Origin: a virus | Lineage: Duplodnaviria > Caudoviricetes | Virus record (IMG/VR): IMGVR_UViG_3300002307_000108 | Coordinates: 1-39,637 of that record | Direction: 5' to 3' (one strand) | DNA length: 39,637 nt | Notes under the pieces: generated by a model | What the model saw: only the letters and a program-made list of their open reading frames with translations | Told to the model about the DNA's origin: nothing | Databases searched by the model: none | Shown: piece by piece, positions 8,930 to 19,380 of the stretch | Layout: the number at the start of each line of letters is the position of its first letter | Numbering within the stretch: the stretch's first letter is position 1 | Made by a program: the position numbers and the translations under genes

Positions 8930-9316
8930 TCAGTTCCAGATAACCCACAGCGTATCACTGTTGCTCGCGCAGGTTACTTGCAATTGGTCATTCGGAATCA
9001 CTGGACCGGAAAAGGTCATCGAACCGCCTTGCAATAGCATTGCAGAATTTCCCGTCGTCGGAATGCCGGAACCGAGATAAAACCAGCATTTGTCCCCATT
9101 CGAGTTGTTGTTCTCGATGACCAGCTGCTGGCGAACGCCGAGAGAGCTCGCGCCGAGGACACTTTGAAAAACATTGCCCGCAGTGATATTCACAGGGACA
9201 TTGACTGTCGATTTACTTTGTGGCTGCACCGTGACCGAGGAGAACTGTTGGGCTTCAGCAGGTCCACTTAGCAACAGCACCACAAACAGTACATTTTTGA
9301 CAATTTTCGAGATCAT
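8930..9316 (-). CDS. Small beta-rich protein with predicted Sec signal peptide
   Basis: N-terminus MISKIVKNVLFVVLLLSGPAEA|QQ and two Cys. Start overlaps the upstream stop (ATGA). Confidence 0.75.
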   Translation of the reverse strand: MISKIVKNVLFVVLLLSGPAEAQQFSSVTVQPQSKSTVNVPVNITAGNVFQSVLGASSLGVRQQLVIENNNSNGDKCWFYLGSGIPTTGNSAMLLQGGSMTFSGPVIPNDQLQVTCASNSDTLWVIWN

Positions 9317-11475
9317 TTTTGCCCCCTAAAAGACGGATCATTCAGCGCGTTAGAAACAGCCGCCGCCGAACCGGCGCTGAGCGCGGCGCGTCGGGGATTA
9401 GAGATCAGTCCATGCACGGATGCACCTGCGGCGTGCCGTAAGAGTCCCAATGCCTCCCCGCCAATGGCACCTAAGCCAGCACCGTGTGTGCCTCCGAGCG
9501 CACTACCTGCTGCGGCACCTAAAACACCCATTGCGAGTGCTGAAGGTTTCTTCATCGAGTTAAGAAGATTTCCCTCAGATTGCAAATCTCCCAGCGCGCG
9601 TTGTTTGACATTGAGATCGGAGTACGCGTTACTATGCGCGGAAGAGGCGTTTTTGAGATTTCCAACAACATTTTGTTTCTCATTGTTGAATTGCTTCACC
9701 CGCATTTTCATGTAATTTTTTGAACTCTCAACCGCATTCGCATGACCCTCTGCGGCGGAATCCAGTTGCAATCTTACATTAGCATCGGGGATGAGGGATT
9801 CTTTAGCATCCTGTGCCAAAGCGCTCCAACCTTTGATCCCATTTTGTTCCAGATAATGCCGTGCAAACTGATCCGCGACATCTGGACTCGCGTAGCGCAA
9901 AGCCCTTGGGAGCGAGCCGTTGCCCTCGAGAGACTTTGCGATGATTTTAGTACTATCTTCCGGCAAGCGTTCTCCATCATCAGCAAATCTAGCAAGAAAC
10001 CTATCGCGAAGATCATGAAGATCGGTTGAGCGTTGATTGTACTGGTTGAACTCTTGCAGCGCATCATGGTCAATCGCTGTTTCGCGCAATTGATTGGTCA
10101 GTGTGGCATAAAGCGCCTCCAAATTCCCCGCACCAAAACGATCCACGAGTTGTTTGTCATGTCTAGCAGCGCCAACTGCACTGCGAAAATCCCTTGCAGT
10201 TTTCCAATCAAAAGTGGCGTCTTCTGGCAGTTTGGGCACTGCATCATCCGCCAGAGGATCCTTTCCCGCTGCCTCATCTTTCTTTGCAAAATAAGAGAGA
10301 AAACGGTTGATCAGCGGTTTGACCGATGAGGGATTTAGTGCTCCTGTAATGTCTTTTAGTTCTCCTGAATTATGCTCCTCGAGTTCATCCAGTTTGGTAA
10401 ACACAGGACCGAACTCAACAGGGGCCGATGGCGAGACTTTAGCCCGCAAAGGCGCTTCCGCGGTATCCAGTTGGTCGTGAAAATCAGTCTTGGACCAGTT
10501 GCGAACTGCTTCTTGAATGTTCTGTCCGAGGGCATAAGGGTTGCTATGACTAATCGGGGAGATATTCTCTGCGATGTCGCTGGTGTATTTATCTGTCGTT
10601 TGTAGGGCCTTTTCCACCGCCTCTTGATGCTGCCTCTTCGCCACATCAGCTGTGGTTTCGGTCAACCCTGGTTCTGTCGGATGGGCAAGATTGGTATTCT
10701 GATCGAACCATGCTTTCTGCTCCTCGAGTGCCTGTTGCTTCGCAAGCAGCGTCGCCTCGTGTTGCTGCTCAGCATCCTTGACTGCTTGCTGCGCGGCACG
10801 GAACTCCGCAGAGCTCTTGGTGATTGCAGAGATCTTTTCCGCCCCAACGCCTCCAATAATGCCAAAAAGTCCCGCAAGCCCTTCACGAATCCACGGCGAA
10901 GTGTCATCGGGAAGTTCTTCGAGAACTTTTTGTGCAATCGGGGTGATCGCAGCGGAACCTGCCATCTGCACAGGACCAAATGGGCCAGCACCAGCAGCGG
11001 CCTCAATTCCTGAATGCAGCGATTTTTCCCCCGGTGTCAATTGTTGAGGGCCAGCCCCGGCGGCAGCAAGATCGCGCTCAGTGCTTTCCTGAGTAGGAAA
11101 CACACTCATCACCGCATTGGCTCCGCGCTCGATTGGGGAACTGTTAGGCAGCGAGGCGCCAAGGTGTTTCGCCCCCCAACCGAGCAGTTCGCCCAGATCT
11201 CCAGGCATCGAGAGTGCTGCGGTCGCACCTTTGTCCAGATCGCGAACAAGTTGTTTGCCGTTTCGAGTAAGCCATCCGGCAGTGGAGTTGTCCTCGTGCT
11301 GCGGGGAAACAGAGGCAGGCAAGGTCTCCAGCGATGGAACTTCGATTTGCGTTGGGTCGTCAGGGAGACCCTGGGCCTTCTGTGTCGGCCCTGCCGTGGT
11401 CGGCGCGGCCGGGGTCGGCTCTTGCAACCCAGGCAAAGCAATTTGCGTTGGGTCGTCAGGGAGACTATTTGGCAC
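9313..11475 (-). CDS. Internal virion / DNA ejection protein (720 aa)
   Basis: AAGGAG before GTG. Ala-rich helical protein with Gly/Ala hydrophobic segments, duplicated LPDDPTQI, and last position in the ejection cluster. Confidence 0.65.
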   Translation of the reverse strand: MPNSLPDDPTQIALPGLQEPTPAAPTTAGPTQKAQGLPDDPTQIEVPSLETLPASVSPQHEDNSTAGWLTRNGKQLVRDLDKGATAALSMPGDLGELLGWGAKHLGASLPNSSPIERGANAVMSVFPTQESTERDLAAAGAGPQQLTPGEKSLHSGIEAAAGAGPFGPVQMAGSAAITPIAQKVLEELPDDTSPWIREGLAGLFGIIGGVGAEKISAITKSSAEFRAAQQAVKDAEQQHEATLLAKQQALEEQKAWFDQNTNLAHPTEPGLTETTADVAKRQHQEAVEKALQTTDKYTSDIAENISPISHSNPYALGQNIQEAVRNWSKTDFHDQLDTAEAPLRAKVSPSAPVEFGPVFTKLDELEEHNSGELKDITGALNPSSVKPLINRFLSYFAKKDEAAGKDPLADDAVPKLPEDATFDWKTARDFRSAVGAARHDKQLVDRFGAGNLEALYATLTNQLRETAIDHDALQEFNQYNQRSTDLHDLRDRFLARFADDGERLPEDSTKIIAKSLEGNGSLPRALRYASPDVADQFARHYLEQNGIKGWSALAQDAKESLIPDANVRLQLDSAAEGHANAVESSKNYMKMRVKQFNNEKQNVVGNLKNASSAHSNAYSDLNVKQRALGDLQSEGNLLNSMKKPSALAMGVLGAAAGSALGGTHGAGLGAIGGEALGLLRHAAGASVHGLISNPRRAALSAGSAAAVSNALNDPSFRGQK

Positions 11476-13192
11476 GGTTTTTCTCCTTGCTTACATAATC
11501 ACGGTATGCTTGCTCAAAAAGCGCACGGCCGTCACTACCTGCGCCAAAAAATCCTTTTTGAGCAAAATCGACGATTTGTTGCCTCGATGCAAAACCATCC
11601 TTGGTCAGACCGTATTTCTGCAATACCGAATTTTCCACATCATTAAACGGATGCTGTTTGCTGAACTCTTCTTGCGCGTTGTAAAAGTTTCCGTTGACGC
11701 GCTCATAAGCCGCAAAAAATTTCGTCCGATCGATCTGGCGTTCAAGCAGCGCTTTTGCGCCATCAATTGTCAACATCAGGCCCAGCGGGGTGTTTTCAAT
11801 GCCTGGCAATGTGCTGCCGATGCTATCAAACAAATGATTAGATTCTTGCCCTTTGATCAGTGTGTTTGATAATTGCGCCTGGATAGCCGCACGGGTTTTT
11901 TGGAAATAATCAGTTGCACCAAGTTGATCAATGGAATAAGGAGGTTTGTCATTCGGCCAAAGAGTTTGATAAAGACCATTGACTGCTTTTTGAAACTGTC
12001 CCATTAAAGGCTTAAGCGCGCCAGTGTTATACCCCGGATTCTTCGGATCATTCATGATGTCGCTTAGGTTGGACAGGCTCTGCAGTTGTCCAAGAGCGTA
12101 CTCAGAATTGGGATAAGCAGCGCGGTCAGCATCGTAAGTCGCAGCGTTGTTGTCATTGATCTTTGCATCATTTGCGTTGAATGGAGTGTTTGTTCCCGGA
12201 ATGGTCAAACCCTGATTCGTCGGGGAAAGTCCTGTCATTCGACGACCAGCATCGGTTGCTGGGATGTAAAGAGGTTTCCCATCCGAGGCCATCTCAGGGC
12301 TCTGGGCCTGAAACGGCGCACTTTGCGCACTCTGCGCCCCTGCAGTCACATTGCTATTTGCACCATCCAACTCAGCCTGAGCATCCGGGGTCAAACGGGA
12401 TAACTGAGCAGGACGAAAAGCTTTTGTCCCCAGGGCGCTCGTGGCGAGCGGGACGTCTTGGACGCCCTCCTGCCCGCCTTGTGCAAATCCCGGAGAAGTG
12501 ATACCCTGTATAGGTTGTGCCCCAGCTGGGCCAGTCGGATTAACCTGTGGAGGCACCCCATAAGGCACAACTGGACCAGCACCGTGCACTTCCCCTGCAT
12601 TCGGCCCAAATGACGGGTTAGTCAGTGTCGGCTGCACACCACTTTTGAGATCCGCAGAGCCCGCAGCCGGCAGCATCATTGACAAATGAGAGGGATCCAT
12701 CCCTGTAGCCGTTGCCATACCGACCATGAACGAGCTGCGCTGCTCAGGCGGAAGCGAGTCAAATATTTCGCGATAAGAGTCCAGTGCGGGTTCTGTGGTT
12801 TTAAGCACACTTGGAGGAAGGCCTTTCTTATAGGCTTTCTCTGCTTCATCCATGCTGAAATTTGGATCGCGAATCTTTGGCAAGAACTGAGCAAAGAAAC
12901 CCGACAAAGCATCTCGTCGCTGCCCAGCCTCCACCGAAGTTGTGTTTACTGCGATGTTGTGCATGGTGGTGTACTGGCTGATGAGTTCCGGGGCCCAAGC
13001 AGCAATTGTTGGATTCTTTTGCAGTTGATCAATTGCACTTTGCGGATCAGAAGAATTGGCGATGATCTTCCCTGCTTGCATCTTCGCGGCAAAAGGGAGA
13101 ACTCCCTCGACCTGCTTAATGGGCCCAGCAATATCCGCGCCACTGGTGTTGATTGCAAGAGGAATCTGTGCATCCGTCATATTATCAGGCAT
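11465..13192 (-). CDS. Internal virion / DNA ejection protein (575 aa)
   Basis: Gln/Pro/Ala-rich with synteny downstream of the gp7-like gene. Overlaps its neighbours. Confidence 0.6.
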   Translation of the reverse strand: MPDNMTDAQIPLAINTSGADIAGPIKQVEGVLPFAAKMQAGKIIANSSDPQSAIDQLQKNPTIAAWAPELISQYTTMHNIAVNTTSVEAGQRRDALSGFFAQFLPKIRDPNFSMDEAEKAYKKGLPPSVLKTTEPALDSYREIFDSLPPEQRSSFMVGMATATGMDPSHLSMMLPAAGSADLKSGVQPTLTNPSFGPNAGEVHGAGPVVPYGVPPQVNPTGPAGAQPIQGITSPGFAQGGQEGVQDVPLATSALGTKAFRPAQLSRLTPDAQAELDGANSNVTAGAQSAQSAPFQAQSPEMASDGKPLYIPATDAGRRMTGLSPTNQGLTIPGTNTPFNANDAKINDNNAATYDADRAAYPNSEYALGQLQSLSNLSDIMNDPKNPGYNTGALKPLMGQFQKAVNGLYQTLWPNDKPPYSIDQLGATDYFQKTRAAIQAQLSNTLIKGQESNHLFDSIGSTLPGIENTPLGLMLTIDGAKALLERQIDRTKFFAAYERVNGNFYNAQEEFSKQHPFNDVENSVLQKYGLTKDGFASRQQIVDFAQKGFFGAGSDGRALFEQAYRDYVSKEKNRAK

Positions 13193-13802
13193 TGGTTTGG
13201 CCTCCCATCATCAAACTTGTGTCGGGGACAGAGCCCGCATCCACGCCGCTCGGCATCGTATTCAGCGCATTGATCGGAGGGGTTGCACTTTGCGCAGGTG
13301 CACTTTGCGCAGGTGCACTTTGCATCTTCTGCGCATGTTGATCCATCGCCACGCCAGCAATAACATGCATCGCATTGAGGCCAAGGTTGAACTTGGCATC
13401 TTTTAGCATTGATTCGAGTTGTTGCTCAACCCCCTGCAAAACTTCATCCTTTTGCCGCGCCCAGTTGGCCAAAGCCGGACCATCTCCTGGAGCTTCGCTT
13501 AACAACACCGCCATCTGTTTCGCATCCACACCTGCGGCCACACAGCGCGAAGCTGCCTTCGAGAGATCCTCCCCCGATGCCTTATCGCCAAGGGCGACAA
13601 GGTGATCAAGTTGTTTCCTCATCATATGGACACGTTTTTCAGAGTCCCTTAGCTTATCATATTCCGCCCGCGCCATCTCGTGCTTCTGTGACAATTGCTT
13701 GGTCATGTCGCTGGGCTCGGGGCCGCTGGGCTCGGGCTCGGGTGCGGGTGCGGGTGCGGGTGCAATGCCACCGGCAGAATCATTTTCCATTGCATTTTCC
13801 AT
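13185..13802 (-). CDS. Hypothetical virion-associated protein with Pro/Ala tandem repeats
   Basis: GGGAG RBS. PAPAPAPEPEPSGPEPS and (SAPAQ)n are encoded by DNA tandem repeats near 13709-13762 and 13285-13324. Confidence 0.7.
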   Translation of the reverse strand: MENAMENDSAGGIAPAPAPAPEPEPSGPEPSDMTKQLSQKHEMARAEYDKLRDSEKRVHMMRKQLDHLVALGDKASGEDLSKAASRCVAAGVDAKQMAVLLSEAPGDGPALANWARQKDEVLQGVEQQLESMLKDAKFNLGLNAMHVIAGVAMDQHAQKMQSAPAQSAPAQSATPPINALNTMPSGVDAGSVPDTSLMMGGQTNA

Positions 13803-13813
13803 CGTTTGTCTCC

Positions 13814-14506
13814 CTACGATACCAGTCCAAGTTGTTTCAGTACATCAAGATTCCCACTCTTTGAGAGCGAGTAATCCGTTCCGAGACCCCCGACCTGGCC
13901 AATTCCTGAGGTCAGCGCATTGTTCTGCCCAATGATTCCAGCGGCTTGTGCATTCCCTTGCCCAACCAGCGCGTTGGCCTGTCCACCAGCTGCGGTAAGT
14001 CCCAGTTGTCCCTGAGTTGTCGCCGCGTCAAGCCCGGTCTTTTGTTGCCCGCTCCACATATTGTAGATCTGCTTGTTTTGATCAAGGTAATTTTGAAATT
14101 GCTGCTGATATGTATTCGACGCCAAGCCTTCGGCGTAATTCGCCGCGCCTTTTTCTGCCGCGCCACTTGAAGCAAGACCCTGTGCGGCGAATGAATTTTG
14201 CGTAGCCTGTTCCCCCTGTTGCAGGGTGAATTGATAGCCCGGAGTCGCTGCAAGCTGATCCATCGTCGGATTAAATTGTGCTGTTAAACCCGGCAGCAAC
14301 GTGTTAAGTTCATTTCCCGCGTGAATGCCTTGTGCAGTCGCGGGAGAGAAATTCTGATCAATTGTCTGCTGCTGTTGTGCATACAACCCGGCGGCTTTGC
14401 CCTGCGCGCTTGACTGTGCATTAGCCGCATCTCCCGCAGCCTGATTATTCATCACCGTACTTGCGATGTCTGTAACCGCTGCAATTCCCGCTGAAACACC
14501 CATCAC
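13814..14506 (-). CDS. P22 gp7-like DNA ejection (pilot) protein
   Basis: TPGYQFTLQQG...AAQGLASSGAAEK...YAEGLAS motif. Gln/Ala/Gly-rich and follows the GNAT gene. Confidence 0.75.
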   Translation of the reverse strand: MMGVSAGIAAVTDIASTVMNNQAAGDAANAQSSAQGKAAGLYAQQQQTIDQNFSPATAQGIHAGNELNTLLPGLTAQFNPTMDQLAATPGYQFTLQQGEQATQNSFAAQGLASSGAAEKGAANYAEGLASNTYQQQFQNYLDQNKQIYNMWSGQQKTGLDAATTQGQLGLTAAGGQANALVGQGNAQAAGIIGQNNALTSGIGQVGGLGTDYSLSKSGNLDVLKQLGLVS

Positions 14507-14982
14507 AAATCTCCCTCATCAAGCCAGAAACTATAAACACTGTCACTTTTAGTTCCCCCGAGACGCTCAAGCAGTCGTGCAATCGAGAGATTTTCCTTGG
14601 TCATGAAAAACGCCTTGACAACTCCACGAGCTTTTAACATCTTAAGCGAGTAACGTAACATTTTATACCCCGCGAGACCCTTGCGACAACGCTTTGAGAG
14701 ATAATACGCATCTTCAATTCCGCAAAGTGTGCCGCTGTAATGCATGTGCCCCTGAATGATTACAAAGCAATAACCAACGAGTGTTAGTTCTTTCCCCTCA
14801 CGCGCGGTGACAATAAGCAGCGCCCCGCTCGCATCGAGAGCCTGATAGACCTCAACATAGGGCGAAAAGGCCATTTTACTCTTGTGGGAGAAATCAAATT
14901 CCTCGTAATGTTCCCGCCACAGGGCATCTCGTTGAGGGTCCGAATAGAACTCTGGAAATGACTCAATTTGAAAGGTTAACAT
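14503..14982 (-). CDS. GNAT-family acetyltransferase-like protein (P22 gp14 position)
   Basis: LVGY, DAYYLSKRCRKGLAGYKML (acetyl-CoA loop), LLERLG. ATG 14982 was chosen over the track start. Confidence 0.8.
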   Translation of the reverse strand: MLTFQIESFPEFYSDPQRDALWREHYEEFDFSHKSKMAFSPYVEVYQALDASGALLIVTAREGKELTLVGYCFVIIQGHMHYSGTLCGIEDAYYLSKRCRKGLAGYKMLRYSLKMLKARGVVKAFFMTKENLSIARLLERLGGTKSDSVYSFWLDEGDL

Positions 14983-14996
14983 GATGGGCTCACTTC

Positions 14997-15030
14997 GTTG
15001 TGGCCACAATGTGATAATCACACCGTGGGT
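14997..15030 (+). repeat. Dispersed 34-bp element, copy 2
   Basis: GTTGTGGCC acaa TGTGA taa TCACA ccgtgggt in the gap between the needle/fibre gene and the GNAT gene. Confidence 0.8.
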
Positions 15031-16298
15031 TAGACTCCCGGCAACAATTCAGCCGTCGCGGCATAAAGTATCAAATAATCACTTGCAACGACCAATCTTG
15101 CTTGCAACGCCAATGTCTGTGCAAGGGTCGAATCCACCGCGCCAAGCAGCGGTGTTCCAGTACCCGGGGCCAGCAGCGAGCATTGAGCACCAGTAACACC
15201 TTGTGCGCTCAATCCAATGATCTGCCCACAACCTAGAGACGTGCTTTGGGTGAGAAGAGAGAATGTAAAAGTGCCATACGTCGCGGTGAGAACTTTATTA
15301 TTAGCGGTGTTTGAATTTCCCCAGGTTGCAATGATTCTAATTGCCCCTGCAACACCCAATGACCCTCCGGGAATAGTCATTTGCCAGGTGGTTATCGTGC
15401 TTGTCGTCTGTGTGTATGCTCCAGGTCCCGTGGACACCCAGGGGGTTGGTGAAACCGGAATTACCGGAGTGCCAGTCGAGTATGTTTCCTTGTAAACTGT
15501 AGCAAGAGTTGTGGTGGAAAAAATTGCATAGTACCAGCCAGCGAGCGAAGCCCCACTAATTGCCCCGGCAGGAAGCCAAATGTAAACTGAGCCAAGAGTT
15601 GCAGGCAAGGCAGTACTTAGCGTCAATGCTCCATTATTACCCATTGAGCCGCTTGAGCCCAACACCAGCGGAACAACCGAGTTGCCGATTTTGGACGAGA
15701 ATCCCAGTGTGCTCGGTGCGGCATAGGATAGCGCTGTTCCGTTTGACTGCAGCAACGTTCCATTTGCACCAACTGCAGTTAACCCTGTGCCGCCATGCGC
15801 TATCGCCAACGTACCCGTGACACCACTAGCCAACGGCAACCCTGTTGCATTGGTCAATGTCAGCACCGAGGGAGTGCCTAAATTCGGAGTGATCAAACTT
15901 GGCGAGTTGTTAAGCACTACGCTGCCAGTGCCAGTGCTCGTCGTCGTTCCGGTGCCGCCATGGGTCACGGCAAGCGTGCCACTAAGCACAAATGTCCCAC
16001 TCGTAGTAATCGGGGAACCACCAATGGTCAGCCCTGTTGTACCGGGATCGAACCCAACGCTAGTGACTGTTCCAGCCGGACCAATCAGCGCATTGGTCCC
16101 TGCGTTGTAAAAAAGAACTTTTCCACTTGCATCTTGCTGAATGTAAACAGTGCTCGGCGTTGGTGAGGTCGTCCCACCGAGTTTTAACCAAGAGTTCATA
16201 AACAGTCGATGCCATGCCGGGGTGAGCATCCCCTCTGATGTGACCACCGGAACATCAAGTTGGGGAAATGCTTGTTGCCCCTGTCCAGAGGTCGTCAC
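15030..16298 (-). CDS. Tail needle/fibre protein (gp26 position)
   Basis: N-terminal LTPAWHRLF tail-attachment-like segment and repeated GTLA(V/I)xHGGTG fibre motif. Directly follows the gp10-like gene. Confidence 0.7.
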   Translation of the reverse strand: MTTSGQGQQAFPQLDVPVVTSEGMLTPAWHRLFMNSWLKLGGTTSPTPSTVYIQQDASGKVLFYNAGTNALIGPAGTVTSVGFDPGTTGLTIGGSPITTSGTFVLSGTLAVTHGGTGTTTSTGTGSVVLNNSPSLITPNLGTPSVLTLTNATGLPLASGVTGTLAIAHGGTGLTAVGANGTLLQSNGTALSYAAPSTLGFSSKIGNSVVPLVLGSSGSMGNNGALTLSTALPATLGSVYIWLPAGAISGASLAGWYYAIFSTTTLATVYKETYSTGTPVIPVSPTPWVSTGPGAYTQTTSTITTWQMTIPGGSLGVAGAIRIIATWGNSNTANNKVLTATYGTFTFSLLTQSTSLGCGQIIGLSAQGVTGAQCSLLAPGTGTPLLGAVDSTLAQTLALQARLVVASDYLILYAATAELLPGV

Positions 16299-17851
16299 TT
16301 CGCCAATACCCTTGCTTTAGTCCAGGCGCCATTGAGCGCAGCTGGCCCGGCAATGGAGTGAAAAAGCTCGAAAATTCTATACTTCGCTGTGCCCAGGTTG
16401 GACCACGAGGGTTGCGTCAGGTATTGTCCTGGAATACCATTGGTTTGCAGCACGGTGTTGCCAAAAGTCTTCCCACGATCATCTGACCAACGCAGCCCAA
16501 CCTGTGCTGGGCCTCCGTTTACATCCAGTGGACCTTCACCCACTTCCATATCGGCCAAAAATTCGTGAAATTGTATTTGCCGCCCCTCGGCATCAACAAG
16601 CTGAGCAAGCGGTAATTCCCCACCCAGCGGAGTCGCATGGTCGATCAAGTGAAAGGTCTTCACATATTGTATTGGCCCTGGAATGCCACCAACAACCAAG
16701 GTATCAGTGTATGCATTAAGATCCATTGCGTAAATCGTGCCATTGCTCCAATCTCCACAAACAATCTTCCCATAGAGATTAGCAATACACATTTCGCGCT
16801 CACGATGGAGAATCCCATCATTGTCAGTCCAACCGCGCTGGTGCCAAGCGTATTCCGGGTTCCCGATGGTCAAATCGTAAACCCAGGTTTGATCTGCATC
16901 AGGAAAAGTAAACTCAACGAACTGGTGCCCATCTTGCTGATACGCCATTCCGATGCAATCGTTGATCGTTCCACCTTGCGCAACGATCTGTCTCAGCGCA
17001 TATTCAATCGCATGGTTGGAGATCCGTTGTCCACTGTAACCCTGAATGGCCCAAATCATTCCTTCGCCGGAGAGATTTTGTGTGAGAAAAAACACCATCT
17101 CACCTTGCGATACAATGCTGTACGGAGCGCAAGTGCCTTGTTCAATATACGCTCCGGGCAGCTCAGCAAAGGGAAACAACGGATTTCCCGCGTTGTACCA
17201 AACTTCGCTCTTGAGTTGCCCGATCAGATAAATTTCCCTTCGGTTGACAATCAGGGTTTGCAGCGGATCAGGGTACGATGTTTTGCCCGCAAAATAAAGC
17301 GCGGACATTGGAAGGATTTGATTGGAGAGGGTGGAATTAAACAAATTCGTCCCCGGGGTGTTCCAGAGGACAAAACTATCCAAATAGTCCAGTCTTGTCG
17401 CTCCCTGAAAAAGTCCAGTGGTATCAACGATCTGGGAAAATGCGTTTGCCGTTCCAGCAATATTACTCGAAGTCGTCGGGAGAGTGATCAGATACCCTGC
17501 GTTGGAGTTATCCACCAACATGATCTGAATACCATTGTCGATAAACGAGACGGGGTTAGTGCCAAAGTTATTCAACTGACCAAGAAGTGTCAATTGCCAC
17601 GAGGAGGAAATCGCATAGACATTCTGCCCAATGACACAGTAACCAAGACCGTTTGACGTCCGGTAGATCCCCCGCACTGCTCCACCTCCTGGCGCTGTGA
17701 CCAGAGGCGTCTTTCCCGGTCTCTGATAATACGTCATCGGGGTTGAAGAGCTTTCCGGATTCTTTTCGGGAAAATAATTCACACAGCGAATTGCAGACGC
17801 AATTGGACTCCTTGCGTAATACGATCCTCCAACCAGAGCAATTCGGGACAT
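16295..17851 (-). CDS. P22 gp10-like tail hub / packaged-DNA stabilization protein
   Basis: CVNYFPE, YQRPG, SEVWYNAG, YQQDGHQF, TWVYD...WHQR, LRWSDDRGKTF, W..LG...R motifs. Confidence 0.88.
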   Translation of the reverse strand: MSRIALVGGSYYARSPIASAIRCVNYFPEKNPESSSTPMTYYQRPGKTPLVTAPGGGAVRGIYRTSNGLGYCVIGQNVYAISSSWQLTLLGQLNNFGTNPVSFIDNGIQIMLVDNSNAGYLITLPTTSSNIAGTANAFSQIVDTTGLFQGATRLDYLDSFVLWNTPGTNLFNSTLSNQILPMSALYFAGKTSYPDPLQTLIVNRREIYLIGQLKSEVWYNAGNPLFPFAELPGAYIEQGTCAPYSIVSQGEMVFFLTQNLSGEGMIWAIQGYSGQRISNHAIEYALRQIVAQGGTINDCIGMAYQQDGHQFVEFTFPDADQTWVYDLTIGNPEYAWHQRGWTDNDGILHREREMCIANLYGKIVCGDWSNGTIYAMDLNAYTDTLVVGGIPGPIQYVKTFHLIDHATPLGGELPLAQLVDAEGRQIQFHEFLADMEVGEGPLDVNGGPAQVGLRWSDDRGKTFGNTVLQTNGIPGQYLTQPSWSNLGTAKYRIFELFHSIAGPAALNGAWTKARVLAK

Positions 17852-17871
17852 TCAAAAAGTCCTTATCACGA

Positions 17872-18636
17872 TCAATAATTGCGATCAGAATAAATGTTAT
17901 ACCGGCCGCGAGAACCGATGTCCCGAGGCATCTGCAAACGAGACACCGCCGCGTTTGCTCCACGGATGGCATTGAGTGAATCCTTGGCCAACATCGGCAG
18001 TGGATCACCATTGAAAGTTGGGATGGCGTAATAGGATCGCATTCTTACGGCCAAATTCAGCACAATTGCGTTATAATACTCATACGGTAAGGCAATCAAA
18101 TCTGACAGGGTAAGAAACTGTGCCTGCAACTGTTGCTTGACCACCACTCCAATGGAATACACCGAGGCTTGTGCTACTGGATAAGTGTAAATGTTACCCA
18201 GTGGCCAACCCGGATCAAGAAAAATGTACTTTGAAAATGCAACAAGATTTTTCAATGGAATCCTCGACCAGTCTTCCATCGACTGGATGAGCTCAAGCGG
18301 GTAATCAACCTGATTCGGCGCGGGCAACGAGGTCTGACGGAGAAATGCTGACTCAAGTCGTTCCGGCCTTACCGAGTTTGTCCCGGTGTTAATCGCACCC
18401 CCTGGGCCAATGGTGATGGGATTGACACCAGTGGCAGTTGTGAGATAAGTCACCAATTGGTAAACCAACCAGCGTTTCCTCTGCCACTCCTCCAACATCC
18501 ATTGACAACGTGTCCATGCTGCTGTCGCATCCTCTGCTAACGCAGTTTGTCCCACCCCGAGTTTCCCCGACTCGCGCAGAGCCGCATCTACCAAATCGCC
18601 AACAGTGGTTGAGCCTGGGGAAATCGAAGTCATCAA
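17872..18636 (-). CDS. P22 gp4-like head-to-tail adaptor
   Basis: TVGDLVDAALRESGKLGVG...MLEEW and LPYEYYNAIVLNLAVR, plus synteny. Confidence 0.8.
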   Translation of the reverse strand: MMTSISPGSTTVGDLVDAALRESGKLGVGQTALAEDATAAWTRCQWMLEEWQRKRWLVYQLVTYLTTATGVNPITIGPGGAINTGTNSVRPERLESAFLRQTSLPAPNQVDYPLELIQSMEDWSRIPLKNLVAFSKYIFLDPGWPLGNIYTYPVAQASVYSIGVVVKQQLQAQFLTLSDLIALPYEYYNAIVLNLAVRMRSYYAIPTFNGDPLPMLAKDSLNAIRGANAAVSRLQMPRDIGSRGRYNIYSDRNY

Positions 18637-18648
18637 AAAGATCCTTGG

Positions 18649-19179
18649 TTAGAGGGAGGACACAAACGCTGTTGGACTCTTCTTCGGCCGAAGTGCAGTG
18701 GCCTCAGGATCTCCTTGAGACGCCCCTGAGCGCAAATCGTCGATCCTCTGCTGATCAAGCTCAATTTGCAATTTCTGCTCTTCCAGCTCCTTGACCTGCC
18801 GCTCCAGTTCAGCAATCCGACCATCTGCACCGATCGGAGGAGCGTCTCCACCACTAGCCACAATGGCCTTCGCAGGATGGTCATGCCAGCCTTCTGCGCG
18901 CAAACGCTTTTCTTCCTGCCCGTTCTTCGCAATCACGGTGATGATTTCAAATTGCTGTCCACGAAGCACTGGCCCACGAGGAGTATCCACCCACTCACCC
19001 GGGTTAGTTTCCCGAAGTTCACCCTGCGGATGATAAAGCATCTTAGGATACTGCTGCGGGCCAACATAGAGGCTTTCACCTGTGACTTGATCTCTCGCAC
19101 CCATATTTGCTGGATTGGACTCAAATTCCCCTCTAGCTTCCAGGGCGTGATAAACAGTGTGGATGTTTTGTCTTTTCAT
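18649..19179 (-). CDS. Hypothetical protein (QYPKMLY motif, C-terminal coiled coil)
   Basis: AGGAG RBS. Tightly packed in the head operon. Confidence 0.7.
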   Translation of the reverse strand: MKRQNIHTVYHALEARGEFESNPANMGARDQVTGESLYVGPQQYPKMLYHPQGELRETNPGEWVDTPRGPVLRGQQFEIITVIAKNGQEEKRLRAEGWHDHPAKAIVASGGDAPPIGADGRIAELERQVKELEEQKLQIELDQQRIDDLRSGASQGDPEATALRPKKSPTAFVSSL

Positions 19180-19188
19180 CTTACTCTC

Positions 19189-19374
19189 CTATCGGCCATA
19201 ACCGAATGTTGTGGAAGACGCACTCTTGCGCCCATCTTTGCGCTTTCGCGCCTTGTCATCTGCGTCAGCAAACTCCCGCCCCACGTCTTGCGGAATGCCG
19301 ATTTTCTCAGCAAACTTTTTGTCATGTTTCACTGCCTCCATAAGGCGGTGTTGAGCGGGAGATTTGCTTGGCAT
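19189..19374 (-). CDS. Small basic phage protein (MPSKSPAQHRLM...GIPQDVGREF type)
   Basis: GGAG RBS. The N-terminal pattern is one I recall from many podophage head modules. Confidence 0.75.
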   Translation of the reverse strand: MPSKSPAQHRLMEAVKHDKKFAEKIGIPQDVGREFADADDKARKRKDGRKSASSTTFGYGR

Positions 19375-19380
19375 CAGATA